This document shows positions 42,715 through 51,905 of a DNA stretch of 64,000 nt, in pieces. Location of the stretch: positions 1-64,000 of the IMG/VR virus record IMGVR_UViG_3300037297_000178, one strand, 5' to 3'. Made by a program: the position numbers and the translations under genes. How positions within the stretch are numbered: position 1 is the first letter of the stretch; each line of letters begins with the position of its first letter. This DNA is from a virus. The notes under the pieces are model-generated. The model was not told the DNA's origin. It searched no databases and saw nothing but the letters and a program-made list of their open reading frames with translations.

Positions 42715-45700
42715 TGACCGACTCCTATAGCGTCCGAAATTTCCTGTCGTACCATGAGCCTCATTGTGTCAAGGTCACGGTCGTTCCTGACGGTCGGATT
42801 ATTTATGTTTACCTCAATCATATTTGTCGTTCCGCCTCCGACCCCCTGCTGTGATGGTGTTCTTACGATGACCTCTTCACCTGAGGTAAGGAACACAGGA
42901 CCGAAGCTGTCGTTTGGATAACCAGGGGGAACGATAAAATGAGCACCGTGCTGAAGGCCGACGTTGTCTTTCGCGCCTTCCACGTCAGCGCCGGTACTGA
43001 GAACGCCTGCCGTCACGTTACGGGCTGCACGCGCAGCAGCTTCAAGCTGCTCGATAAGTTCGTCAACGGCCTCAATCAGCACCTTAATCTCGTCGGTGAC
43101 GTGCTCGAACGACTCGACCATCGTCTCAGTTACCGACACGGTTGTCGACTTTAATGTCATTAGCACTTGAAGGGTGATGGTAAGCGCCCCAACTACTTTT
43201 GATAAAATGAACGTCGTCAGGGTCGTAAGCTGTTGAATTGCGATAGTGGCAAATGTTGAGAACGCTTCTGTCAACAAAACGAGTGTCTCTGTGGCTATCA
43301 AGAGCAGAGTCGTTTGAAACAGCAAAATGGCCTCTTGAACCGGCGTCCACAATTCGAGAAACACTTCACCGAAGGTCGCAAATGCTTCAGGGAGGGTAGT
43401 TTCGAGGGCCTCGACAATTGCAGTTGAGTCAAAACCCCCGAGGAGAGCGCCCCCTTCCATCCCTCCCTCTGCGCCGTCAACAGGCGCTTCCTCTTCACCA
43501 CCTCCGAATATAGCGCCAATTCCTGGTATGCTCGTCACGAGGTCGCCAATCGTGCCGAAGGCGTCTGTGACCGTGCTGATTATCGTTTCGAATACGCCGG
43601 TTATAGGGTCGATTAGCATTTCAAACCAGCCTATGATTCCCGTCACGAGGTCGGGTATGATGGAGTTCCCGACGAGCGTGTCGTACAGTGTTTGAAAATA
43701 CTCGATGATTCCCGTAACAAACCCCTGAATGAATCCTATGACACCGGCCAGGGCAGCCGTTATAATGCCTGCGACAACCCCTATTATGCCGACAAGGGTT
43801 TGTACGATACCCTCGAACAGTTGAACGAGGCCCTCACCTATCATCGTGAAGTCGCCTTCGAGTATGCCCGCTATTATCGTGCCGATACCTGAGACGATGT
43901 TTATTATACCTTCGACTGCAAGTTGTACAGCCGACACGAGCAGTATCCACACCTCCGACACGTAGGTGAGGGCCTGCGCGAAACCGGTTGCGAACGCAGT
44001 TATGACGCCGATGATTGTCGCTATTATGCCGAGTATGACGACGCCTGCTGCAATGAGGACCGTCTTTATCCCTTCCCATACGTCCCCCCACGAGACACCC
44101 GTTTGAGAGAAGGCTTCTTGAAGATTTGCGAACGCTGTTTGAAATGCCGGAATCACGCTTGCGGTTATGACGCTCACGGCTGTCATTATAGCGTCCCGTA
44201 TGACGGTCCACACGGTCAGAGCGACGGCAGCGAGGATGGGCCAGTTTTCGGTCCACCATTGACTGAGTGTAGCGAGCGCAGCGGGTATGTTTGTCGAGAG
44301 CCACGTCCACAGTTCGACGAGCATCGGTTGTATCGCTTCCCAGGCCCCCATGACGATGTCCTGTATGCCGAACCAGTTCCCGGCCCACGCCGCCCCGAGG
44401 AGGGCAGCCGCTCCGATTATAAGCGTCATGGGTGTGGCGAGCGCAGCGATAGCCGTGCCGATAGCAGTGAGGACGGCGAAAATGGCCGACCCTGCGAGCA
44501 CAGCTCCGACGCCTGCTATTGCCCCGACGATTTCGCTCCAGTGCTCTTCCCCGAACGCCTGAAAGAACGTGAACGCCTCTTGCCCCAAGGTAACGAGGTC
44601 GCTCGTTATCTGTGCTATTTGAAGGGCGATGTCGGGGTCGAGGCCGAGTCCTTCAAACGCAGCCATAAGACCGCCAAGACCAACGTCAATTTGAAAAGCG
44701 TCCTTGTCGATAAGACCGACAAAAAGGTCTTTCAGCCCCTTCGCCGCTTCTTTTAGGTAGTAAACCTTTTCGGTGACGTTGACGATGGTGTTCGCAAGCC
44801 CTTCAGGGAGGCCGAGTCCTTTAAGGGCCTCTCGTATGTCTTGAAAACCGCCTTTAATGAGGTCGAACTCACCTGTATTAAAGCCTTGCCACACAGTCTT
44901 GAAACCCTGCCACGCACTCTTCACGTCCTCGATGTAGCCCGGTAACTTCTTCCCGAACTCAAGCGCGAAGTCGGACGCAGCAGCGAGCGCGTTATTGAAG
45001 GCGGGAAGCAATGTATCACCGATGGTTATTCCTATGTCACGAACCTGATTTTTGAGGAGTTGTATCCTGCTCGCAGTTGTGGCGAAGCGCTGTTCGGCCT
45101 CTTTAGCGAGCGCGTTCCCGTTCTCGAACTCGTTGTTTGCAAGCTCGAGCGAGCTTGTCAGGATGTCAGAGTTATTGGAAAGAGACAGGAACGAGCGAAT
45201 GAGGCGCTGGTCAGACAGGCCGAGGTCTTCGAGCGTGTTAATCGCCTCGTCCCCCTGAGCACCCAGGCCCGTCACAAACGCCTCGAACGCCTTCGACGAG
45301 TCCTCTTTCCATAGTGTTTGAAAGTCGTCAGCGGTCATGCCTGCGACTTCGGCGAACTTTGTGAGTTGGCCTGGGTCAATCGGCTTCCCTTGCGAGGCGC
45401 GAAGGTCTTCGAGAGCAGCCTCAGTCTCCTTCACGCTCTTGATTGTGTTGAAAAGCTGGTTTCTGTTCGTGTCTCCGAGTTGACGGCCCCAATCTTCAGC
45501 CGCGCCGCCTGCATCGAGAAACGCCTGATACTGTGCCCACAGCGCGTCCCCTGACATGCCGGTGCGGGCCTCGAGCGTAACGAGCTTCGCGTTGTACCCT
45601 GAGAGCCGGTCGACGTTGTCGGTTATGGCCGCTGAATTGTCAACGAACCCGGTCGTGCTTCCTGCGACGGCCTGCTGCATGGCGAGAAGAACCTTCTGCG

Positions 45701-46451
45701 TCGCTGTACCACCAGCTTCCGCCTCAATGCCGACCGAACTGAATGAGGCGGCGATACCTAGCACCTGCGCCTCAGTAAGGCCCGCTATTTTACCAGCACC
45801 CGCTATTCGCTGAGCAAAATTGACAATCTGAGATTCGGTCGTCGCGCTGTTGTTACCGAGCGCGACTATCACGTTACCTATTGACCCGATGGAGTCTTGC
45901 GACGAACCCATGATGTTCATTAGCTGAGCAAGCGAGGTTGCAGCAGCTTCCGATGTGAGGTCGGTCGTCACCCCGAGTTGAGCGATTGTTTTCGTGAAGT
46001 TCAAGAGGTTATCCTCTTGAACGCCCAACTGACCGCCCAACTCACCTATACCCATGAGTTCCTCGACTGCGACGGGTATCTCGAGGGCCAAGTCCTGAAA
46101 ACCCCTTTTCAGGTTTTCACCAGCTTCGCTAAGTTCACCCGTCGCGGTCGTGAGACCGTTCACGGTCTTTGTGACGCCCGCAAACGCGCTCTGTACAGAT
46201 ATTGAGGTATTGACGGCTGTTACGCCGAGGGTCGCTACGCCGGTCGTGAACGCCCCCAGGCCTGCGAGAGCGACGCCCCCGAGGAGAGCGCCCCCCTTGA
46301 GCACCCCCTTCCCGAACGAGTTTATGTCAGAAGCGAGGCCCTTTGACGCCTTCCCGGTGTCGGTTATGCTTTTTTGAGCGCTTTTCAGGGCCGATTGAAA
46401 AGAGGCGAGTCCTCTCGCCTCCAGTATCACGCCCGTTGTAGTGAAGGCCAT
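42711..46451 (-). CDS. tail tape measure protein
   Basis: 1246 aa, Ala/Gly/Leu/Ile-rich. AGKIAGLTEAQVLGIAASFSSVGIEAEAGGTATQKVL core typical of tape measures; preceded by chaperone ORFs. Confidence 0.85.
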   Translation of the reverse strand: MAFTTTGVILEARGLASFQSALKSAQKSITDTGKASKGLASDINSFGKGVLKGGALLGGVALAGLGAFTTGVATLGVTAVNTSISVQSAFAGVTKTVNGLTTATGELSEAGENLKRGFQDLALEIPVAVEELMGIGELGGQLGVQEDNLLNFTKTIAQLGVTTDLTSEAAATSLAQLMNIMGSSQDSIGSIGNVIVALGNNSATTESQIVNFAQRIAGAGKIAGLTEAQVLGIAASFSSVGIEAEAGGTATQKVLLAMQQAVAGSTTGFVDNSAAITDNVDRLSGYNAKLVTLEARTGMSGDALWAQYQAFLDAGGAAEDWGRQLGDTNRNQLFNTIKSVKETEAALEDLRASQGKPIDPGQLTKFAEVAGMTADDFQTLWKEDSSKAFEAFVTGLGAQGDEAINTLEDLGLSDQRLIRSFLSLSNNSDILTSSLELANNEFENGNALAKEAEQRFATTASRIQLLKNQVRDIGITIGDTLLPAFNNALAAASDFALEFGKKLPGYIEDVKSAWQGFKTVWQGFNTGEFDLIKGGFQDIREALKGLGLPEGLANTIVNVTEKVYYLKEAAKGLKDLFVGLIDKDAFQIDVGLGGLMAAFEGLGLDPDIALQIAQITSDLVTLGQEAFTFFQAFGEEHWSEIVGAIAGVGAVLAGSAIFAVLTAIGTAIAALATPMTLIIGAAALLGAAWAGNWFGIQDIVMGAWEAIQPMLVELWTWLSTNIPAALATLSQWWTENWPILAAVALTVWTVIRDAIMTAVSVITASVIPAFQTAFANLQEAFSQTGVSWGDVWEGIKTVLIAAGVVILGIIATIIGVITAFATGFAQALTYVSEVWILLVSAVQLAVEGIINIVSGIGTIIAGILEGDFTMIGEGLVQLFEGIVQTLVGIIGVVAGIITAALAGVIGFIQGFVTGIIEYFQTLYDTLVGNSIIPDLVTGIIGWFEMLIDPITGVFETIISTVTDAFGTIGDLVTSIPGIGAIFGGGEEEAPVDGAEGGMEGGALLGGFDSTAIVEALETTLPEAFATFGEVFLELWTPVQEAILLFQTTLLLIATETLVLLTEAFSTFATIAIQQLTTLTTFILSKVVGALTITLQVLMTLKSTTVSVTETMVESFEHVTDEIKVLIEAVDELIEQLEAAARAARNVTAGVLSTGADVEGAKDNVGLQHGAHFIVPPGYPNDSFGPVFLTSGEEVIVRTPSQQGVGGGTTNMIEVNINNPTVRNDRDLDTMRLMVRQEISDAIGVGQ

Positions 46452-46454
46452 TCG

Positions 46455-46769
46455 TCACCTTTTCTTTCGCTTTCGCTTCGCTTTCCGAGACTGTTTCTCG
46501 TGATGTAGCGATACAACGTCGTCGACGTGCGCTTTTATTCGTTTTTTGAGGCGATACCACGCGACAACGGTCGTGACAAACCACGAGGGGTATTCGCCCT
46601 GTTCCCATCTAAAGAGTTCGTCGAGCGACGCGCCTGCTTCGACGGCTGCGTCGAAGCGGTCGAAGAATATGCTTGTGGTGATGTTCGTAGGGATTGAGGG
46701 TCCCCAGAACGGGTGCTGAGTTATCGGGATGCCGTTTCGCTTAACGCCGAAACGTCTCCTCTTTACTTG
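46455..46769 (-). CDS. start-less open frame: putative +1 frameshift extension of the tail assembly chaperone (gpGT-like)
   Basis: The frame is open from 46769 to TGA 46457..46455 and has no ATG, GTG or TTG codon. It is +1 relative to ORF 46741..47271 and ends 3 nt before the tape measure ATG. Confidence 0.5.
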   Translation of the reverse strand, partial: QVKRRRFGVKRNGIPITQHPFWGPSIPTNITTSIFFDRFDAAVEAGASLDELFRWEQGEYPSWFVTTVVAWYRLKKRIKAHVDDVVSLHHEKQSRKAKRKRKKR

Positions 46770-47271
46770 TTATTTCCGCCTCGTCGAAGCCCATCACCCT
46801 CGAGATGGTTTTTATGTCACGGTTTGTCACGACGATGAATTTCATGTAGTAGAACTCGAGAACGCGGGCGGGAAGACCGCGTTCGACCTCGTCGAAGCCC
46901 AACTCTTGAAGGTCGTCAATCCACGAGTCGTCCTCAGGGAGACCGTCAATGAGGCGAACGCCCATTCGGATAGCGGCATTTGTCGAGGCGATTACCTTCT
47001 GAGCTTCGTAACGCTGCATGGCTGCAACGTAGGTTGGGTCTTGGTAGTTCGGCTCCTCCCTGTCCTTCTTGTCATTCCACACAATCGGGACTTTCGGCTC
47101 CTGTACGCGGCTGATTGCCTCCGTAATGAGCATACCGGGGACGGGCGTGATTTTCACTTTGAAGCCACGCTCGAGGGTGACGATTTCTTCGGCGTCAACC
47201 TTGATTTCGTCACCTACCTCGAGCACGGCTTTAGTTGCTACTTGGTCGTCAGTCAGTTCTTTGTCGTCCAT
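46741..47271 (-). CDS. tail assembly chaperone (by position)
   Basis: 176-aa acidic ORF between the putative tail tube gene and the tape measure. Confidence 0.55.
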   Translation of the reverse strand: MDDKELTDDQVATKAVLEVGDEIKVDAEEIVTLERGFKVKITPVPGMLITEAISRVQEPKVPIVWNDKKDREEPNYQDPTYVAAMQRYEAQKVIASTNAAIRMGVRLIDGLPEDDSWIDDLQELGFDEVERGLPARVLEFYYMKFIVVTNRDIKTISRVMGFDEAEITSKEETFRR

Positions 47272-47288
47272 ATACCTCTCCTGTCAGG

Positions 47289-48782
47289 TTATGTCGTTGC
47301 GGGCTGAGCCGCGATTAGTATGCCGTCGCTACCATCACCGGCGAGACCGCCAGCGAGAGCAAGGTTCGGGTCTCTCCAGTACGAGTCGATGTCGTTGAGG
47401 CGGTCGTTTTCGGGTATGCTTCCCGTGCCTGTTGGGACGACAACCCAAGACCAGCCTGAGCTAATCGACTTGAGGATGCGCCCGCCCGTGCTGTGCGTTG
47501 CAGTAGCGAAGATTTCCGAGTCTGTACAGATTGATATGGCCGGGATTGAGGTGTATCCTGATACCTTCAGTTCCCAGGTTGTTCCGGCGTCGTAAGTGGC
47601 GTATATGTCACCGCCGTCCGTTCCCGCAAACCATTCGAGCTTGTTCTTGACGGCGATTGACACAACGTTGTCGGCTGAGGGAGCGTTCACAACGGTGAAG
47701 TCCTGCCCGTTCGACGTGTACATAACGATGCCGTTGTTCCCGCCTGCGACAACGAAATTATCAGAATACATGTCGACGCAGTTCAAGTCCTGCGTGGTCG
47801 TGCCTCCCTCGTCAATGGCCGTCGGTCCCAGGGTCGCGTCAGTTAACTTATACACGTACCCTGTGTCACCGACTATCCACGCGACGTTACCGCTTGAGGC
47901 GATTGCGTTCGGCTCGCCTCCGGCAACGTAGCCGTCTGTCACGAGCGGCCACGTCTCACCACCACCTGTGTCGATTTCCGACACAGCGAGGTAACAGTGA
48001 CCGGCAGCGCCGTTCGACGGCACAACGAGGTATTCGCCAAGGTGGTCGATGTCGGATGGGTCGTTGAGACCCAGTCCATCGATGTCGCTCGCGCCGAACG
48101 CGGCCCCTTTGTCGAGCGAGTATATACAGTCGGCTGTTGTGCCAACAGACCCGCCTTCCGCCTTCGTTACTGCAAACCATTTCTGGACCGGCAAGCACGC
48201 GTCTTCTTCACACGCGACGTGGTCCCACAGGTGTACGGCCAGTATCTCGTTCGTTATGAGCGTGTCGGCCTTCCGGGCCGGTCGGAGCGGGACTATCTCG
48301 TACAGCCATTTCGCCGAAAACTCGCCTGTCTCGGTTACTTCGGCCTGGTCTGCGTCGCTGAAGTCGCCCATTTCGTCAGCCGACCAGTTCACCTCGCGCA
48401 CGGCTTCAGCGACAAGCACCTTTGTGTAGCCGTAGTCGAAGTTACTAGGTACCCCGCACGTGCCGAAGTGTACTTGAACGTCGGCCTCGAGGTTGTTACG
48501 TCCGATTTCCAACAGCTTCGACAGGGTATTTAGGGAGTAACGCCCTATAACGGGAATGGTCGGGCGTTCCGTTTCGCCCTGATAGAAGCCGACCTCCTCG
48601 TACTGCCCGTACATATACGGGGACGGGCATTTTATGGGGGTTATGTCCCCGAACGCCCACTCGGGCGCTCCGATGCGAGCGCAACCCTGATAGTCGGGTT
48701 CCCTGTCCGCACGCGCTCGACATTCAATCAGGAATACCCTCGAATTACTGGTTTTCCCGGGTTCGATGTCTAGATTACCCAT
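47289..48782 (-). CDS. putative major tail protein with C-terminal BNR/Asp-box beta-propeller-like region
   Basis: 497 aa immediately upstream of the chaperone; YDAGTTW Asp-box and repeated G.....G..G..Y blades. Confidence 0.45.
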   Translation of the reverse strand: MGNLDIEPGKTSNSRVFLIECRARADREPDYQGCARIGAPEWAFGDITPIKCPSPYMYGQYEEVGFYQGETERPTIPVIGRYSLNTLSKLLEIGRNNLEADVQVHFGTCGVPSNFDYGYTKVLVAEAVREVNWSADEMGDFSDADQAEVTETGEFSAKWLYEIVPLRPARKADTLITNEILAVHLWDHVACEEDACLPVQKWFAVTKAEGGSVGTTADCIYSLDKGAAFGASDIDGLGLNDPSDIDHLGEYLVVPSNGAAGHCYLAVSEIDTGGGETWPLVTDGYVAGGEPNAIASSGNVAWIVGDTGYVYKLTDATLGPTAIDEGGTTTQDLNCVDMYSDNFVVAGGNNGIVMYTSNGQDFTVVNAPSADNVVSIAVKNKLEWFAGTDGGDIYATYDAGTTWELKVSGYTSIPAISICTDSEIFATATHSTGGRILKSISSGWSWVVVPTGTGSIPENDRLNDIDSYWRDPNLALAGGLAGDGSDGILIAAQPATT

Positions 48783-49102
48783 GTGTTTTCCTCCTGCTTG
48801 AATAGCCTGACAAGGGTGTTTGATAAGTGTCTCGCGTTCGTAGACAAACCGTGTCGCTCAACTACGAGGCGAGCTATCCCTAATGTCGCAGTCGGCCTTT
48901 TCTTCACGGCCTCGAACGACATGACGTCTCGCTCAATTAAAAGATTCCGAAGCTCGACCTGTGCTGCGTGCGGGATGTCGGGCACAACGGGAAGGTTTAC
49001 GCGAAGACCCTGTCGCGTCAGTTCAACCGGGTGCTCTTCCGGCACAATATACACCTGCCCCAAACCGGTGTCGTCTGTTACTGTCCTGTATACTAGGCTC
49101 AT
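48770..49102 (-). CDS. hypothetical tail-module protein
   Basis: 110-aa ORF. Confidence 0.45.
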   Translation of the reverse strand: MSLVYRTVTDDTGLGQVYIVPEEHPVELTRQGLRVNLPVVPDIPHAAQVELRNLLIERDVMSFEAVKKRPTATLGIARLVVERHGLSTNARHLSNTLVRLFKQEENTWVI

Positions 49103-49713
49103 ACCATACCTGTGTTATAGAAAATCGCGGCTGCAACTGCGAGTAAAAGTAACAGTAGTGTCTTAACAACCCGCAATTCGGTACTCATTTGAACAAGGGC
49201 CTCTTGAAGCGCAGCCTCACGTAACTCCTTTTGTTCCAGAAGCCGGTCTTTTTCAATGATGTCGGCGTACCTGTTGAGCACAGCCGTCAGGACTTCTACC
49301 TCGACCGGCTTCTGGAACGCGTGAAAAATCCCATACACGTACAGTTCGCGCAGCTTCGCAAGAGGAGCGACACCGCTCACGACGGCTACAGGCCCGTTAA
49401 CAGTGGTAAACCATTTGTCGAGCACGTCAGCGCCGTCCTTTTTGTCCCCATTCACCCGCCAGTCGAGTATCAAGATGTCAGGTTTGTCCCTCTCGATTAA
49501 GGCGATAGCTTCTTTTATCGTCGCAGCAGAAAGCGTCTCGAGGTTTACGGTGTGCGCGACGCGCCCGAACAGTTCCCTGATGTTGTCGTCGTCGTCGACT
49601 ATCAGTACGTGTATGGGTTCGAACACTATGGGCGGAAGCTCGATTTTCTGACCGAATGGGGACAGGACTTTTGCAAACTCGAAGAGTGTCTTTAGAATAT
49701 CAAGTACATTCAT
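49099..49713 (-). CDS. CheY-like receiver (REC) domain protein with C-terminal membrane anchor
   Basis: HVLIVDDDDNIRELF ... PDILILDWRV..KDGADVL ... VAVVSG ... FQKP. C-terminal VVKTLLLLLLAVAAAIFY. ATGA overlap start at 49713. Confidence 0.7.
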   Translation of the reverse strand: MNVLDILKTLFEFAKVLSPFGQKIELPPIVFEPIHVLIVDDDDNIRELFGRVAHTVNLETLSAATIKEAIALIERDKPDILILDWRVNGDKKDGADVLDKWFTTVNGPVAVVSGVAPLAKLRELYVYGIFHAFQKPVEVEVLTAVLNRYADIIEKDRLLEQKELREAALQEALVQMSTELRVVKTLLLLLLAVAAAIFYNTGMV

Positions 49714-50858
49714 ATGACTACACCTATGTAGCGTTTTGGGTGAATCTTGTCGATGTCCCGCCACGCGTCGATTTCTCCGCGACGGGTTCCGAACGGGTTG
49801 TCGAGGTCGCCCCAGGGGACGGTGTTCTCTCCAATAGCGAGGTCGGTCTGTAATTCCTTACACCATTCCTTTATGGTCGTACAGCTACACAGGGGTCGCT
49901 CGAGGCGTGCCACGGTGAGGTACATCAGCGCTCTTGCGAACGGCTGAAGCATCGGTTCGTAGACCAAACCGTCCCAAAAGCGCGGGTCGGCAAGGCCCGC
50001 ATAATACCACAGCCTCACGCCGACAAGCGTCCCGTAACAGGAAGGGGCCTCACACGAGATATGCCAGCCGTCGTCGTAAGTGCCTATGTAAGGCGTGATT
50101 TTCCCATATTTCGGGTCGTTGAGACCCATAAAACCCCACTGTGAAGGGGCGTTCTGGTAAACGAACTCGACCGAATACTCGCTGTTGTCCGTGTACTCGC
50201 GGTACACGTCGACGGTTTCCACGAGGTTGCTCGAGTTCGAAACGTCCACAGACACCATTCGAGGGAGCGTCGTGAATCTGTTTTTGACGGTCGGCTTAAT
50301 CATCATCCAAGCGAAGAACGTGACCGTCAGCGTCCCGCCCGACAAGGTCTTCGTGTTAGCTGGTCGAATTTCCCAGGCCGGGTCGCCCCCCTTCCCCTCA
50401 AAGTATATCTTAAGTTCGTAAATGTTTTCAACTTCTGTCGAGCACGTGATGGTTGCAGTCTCGGCAAAACCATCACCGTCCTCGTCGGTGTACGTCACGT
50501 CGACAGTATCGACGTATGTGCTGTTCCTCCGACCGGGTTGTATGATGCGTGCCCGGTCTGTCTGAATGTACTCGTGCCCCGTAAACGGGTGAAATTCCTC
50601 GACTTCCCATTTCGGGGCCGGACTGTACTCGAGGTAGTTCCCTACATCATCCTCACTTTTCGCTAATGTGCGGGCTATCTCCTCGAGGCCGACACAGCTC
50701 GCGCCCTGCCACCCCCACTGAGTTGTCAGGTCGTTGAGGCCCGTCTCAACCGGGAAGACTTCACCCGCTTCCGCTTGATTGAAGTGGCATGGGTTTGCGC
50801 CTAACTCCATCCCAAGCGTGTCGAGCGACAGTAACGTCGGCGTGTTCGCTCGCGCCAA
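49710..50858 (-). CDS. hypothetical virion protein
   Basis: 382-aa ORF in the tail/neck module. Confidence 0.5.
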   Translation of the reverse strand: MARANTPTLLSLDTLGMELGANPCHFNQAEAGEVFPVETGLNDLTTQWGWQGASCVGLEEIARTLAKSEDDVGNYLEYSPAPKWEVEEFHPFTGHEYIQTDRARIIQPGRRNSTYVDTVDVTYTDEDGDGFAETATITCSTEVENIYELKIYFEGKGGDPAWEIRPANTKTLSGGTLTVTFFAWMMIKPTVKNRFTTLPRMVSVDVSNSSNLVETVDVYREYTDNSEYSVEFVYQNAPSQWGFMGLNDPKYGKITPYIGTYDDGWHISCEAPSCYGTLVGVRLWYYAGLADPRFWDGLVYEPMLQPFARALMYLTVARLERPLCSCTTIKEWCKELQTDLAIGENTVPWGDLDNPFGTRRGEIDAWRDIDKIHPKRYIGVVI

Positions 50859-50859
50859 C

Positions 50860-51171
50860 TCACTCCTCTTCGAGGTACTTGTGTATGCTCGTTGTTGTCG
50901 ACAGAACGGCCTCTCCGACGCCTACGAACAGGCTGTACGCAAACGGAAGCGCGAGCAGGAACGCGACGCGAGCGTTCAACATGTAAAGGATGGTGAAAAG
51001 CAGGCCGACCCATACGGACAGACACCACGAACAGGTCAGAAGGATGTATAATTCCTCGCTCCCTGTCGACCAGTTACGTATTCGCCCGAATACGTTCCAG
51101 GGACCTGGTTCCTCGTTGAACATCACCGTTATACGCCACACCGCCATGCCGATAACAATGAAATAGCTCAT
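50860..51171 (-). CDS. DUF1360-like membrane protein
   Basis: FIVIGMAVWRITVMFNEEPGPW...LLTCSWCLSVWVGLLF matches the DUF1360 pattern. Confidence 0.5.
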   Translation of the reverse strand: MSYFIVIGMAVWRITVMFNEEPGPWNVFGRIRNWSTGSEELYILLTCSWCLSVWVGLLFTILYMLNARVAFLLALPFAYSLFVGVGEAVLSTTTSIHKYLEEE

Positions 51172-51845
51172 TCTATCACCTGCGGGGGGCCTTCTTCCAT
51201 CCCCTCTTGGAGCTTCTCGAGCACGCCCGGGTCGAGCTTCACCTCTGGTTGAGCCGGTGCTTCAACCTTAGCCTCCTCAGCCCGTCCGAGTTCTGCCGTA
51301 AGTAGCTCGATTATGGAAGCAGCCTTCGCGTCCCCGATGCCTTTAACTCTCTGGAGGCCCTCAACACCGAGACTCAGTACATCGTGCTTACTCGTTACGG
51401 CGAACGGGGGGGCAAGAAGCTGATTCGCCATGTTCGCCGTAACACCGGGTATCACCTGCGGGTCGAATGTCGATAGTGTTCGGACGGGCTGAGGTGCCGG
51501 TATGAAGTCCTCGAGTATGCTATCGTCCACACCTGGGGCAGCCCCTTGAGGGGCCACGACGGGGGGGCGGGCTTCTGACCGCGCTACAGGTGTGGCGACG
51601 CGCCTCACAGGGGACGCAGCTTGAGGTGTTACTCGCTGAAACAGGTGAGGCGCAGCAGCCACGTCCTTGTAATGGGCATACATTTTCTCGCCACGCCCGA
51701 CCGGTCCGTAAATGTGCCCGGTCGCCGGACCAGGAACTTTGTGCTGTCCCCTGTTTCCCCCGTTATAGACACAATATACCAAATCTTCTTTTTTGAGTTT
51801 CACTTTTCTACTCCCTGGTTTTTCGCAGCGTTTACACCCTGCCAT
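51168..51845 (-). CDS. hypothetical protein with helix-hairpin-helix motif
   Basis: 225 aa; LQRVKGIGDAKAASIIELL (HhH); first gene after the - strand promoter. Confidence 0.5.
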   Translation of the reverse strand: MAGCKRCEKPGSRKVKLKKEDLVYCVYNGGNRGQHKVPGPATGHIYGPVGRGEKMYAHYKDVAAAPHLFQRVTPQAASPVRRVATPVARSEARPPVVAPQGAAPGVDDSILEDFIPAPQPVRTLSTFDPQVIPGVTANMANQLLAPPFAVTSKHDVLSLGVEGLQRVKGIGDAKAASIIELLTAELGRAEEAKVEAPAQPEVKLDPGVLEKLQEGMEEGPPQVIE

Positions 51846-51871
51846 GTCCGACTCCGTTTTGTACTGTTTTC

Positions 51872-51899
51872 ATTATAAACTATTTGTGATGCTGTGCAA
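51872..51899 (-). promoter_or_regulatory. promoter TTGCAC-16-TATAAT
   Basis: Reverse complement reads TTGCAC agcatcacaaatagtt TATAAT, then a 26-nt leader with ACGGAG before the ATG at 51845. Confidence 0.55.
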
Positions 51900-51905
51900 A
51901 GGTTT

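Noticed and set aside
46327-46608. A 93-aa - strand ORF that overlaps the tape measure start
   Set aside because: It is out of frame with both neighbours, highly Arg-rich, and has no RBS. The start-less frame 46455..46769 explains this interval better.
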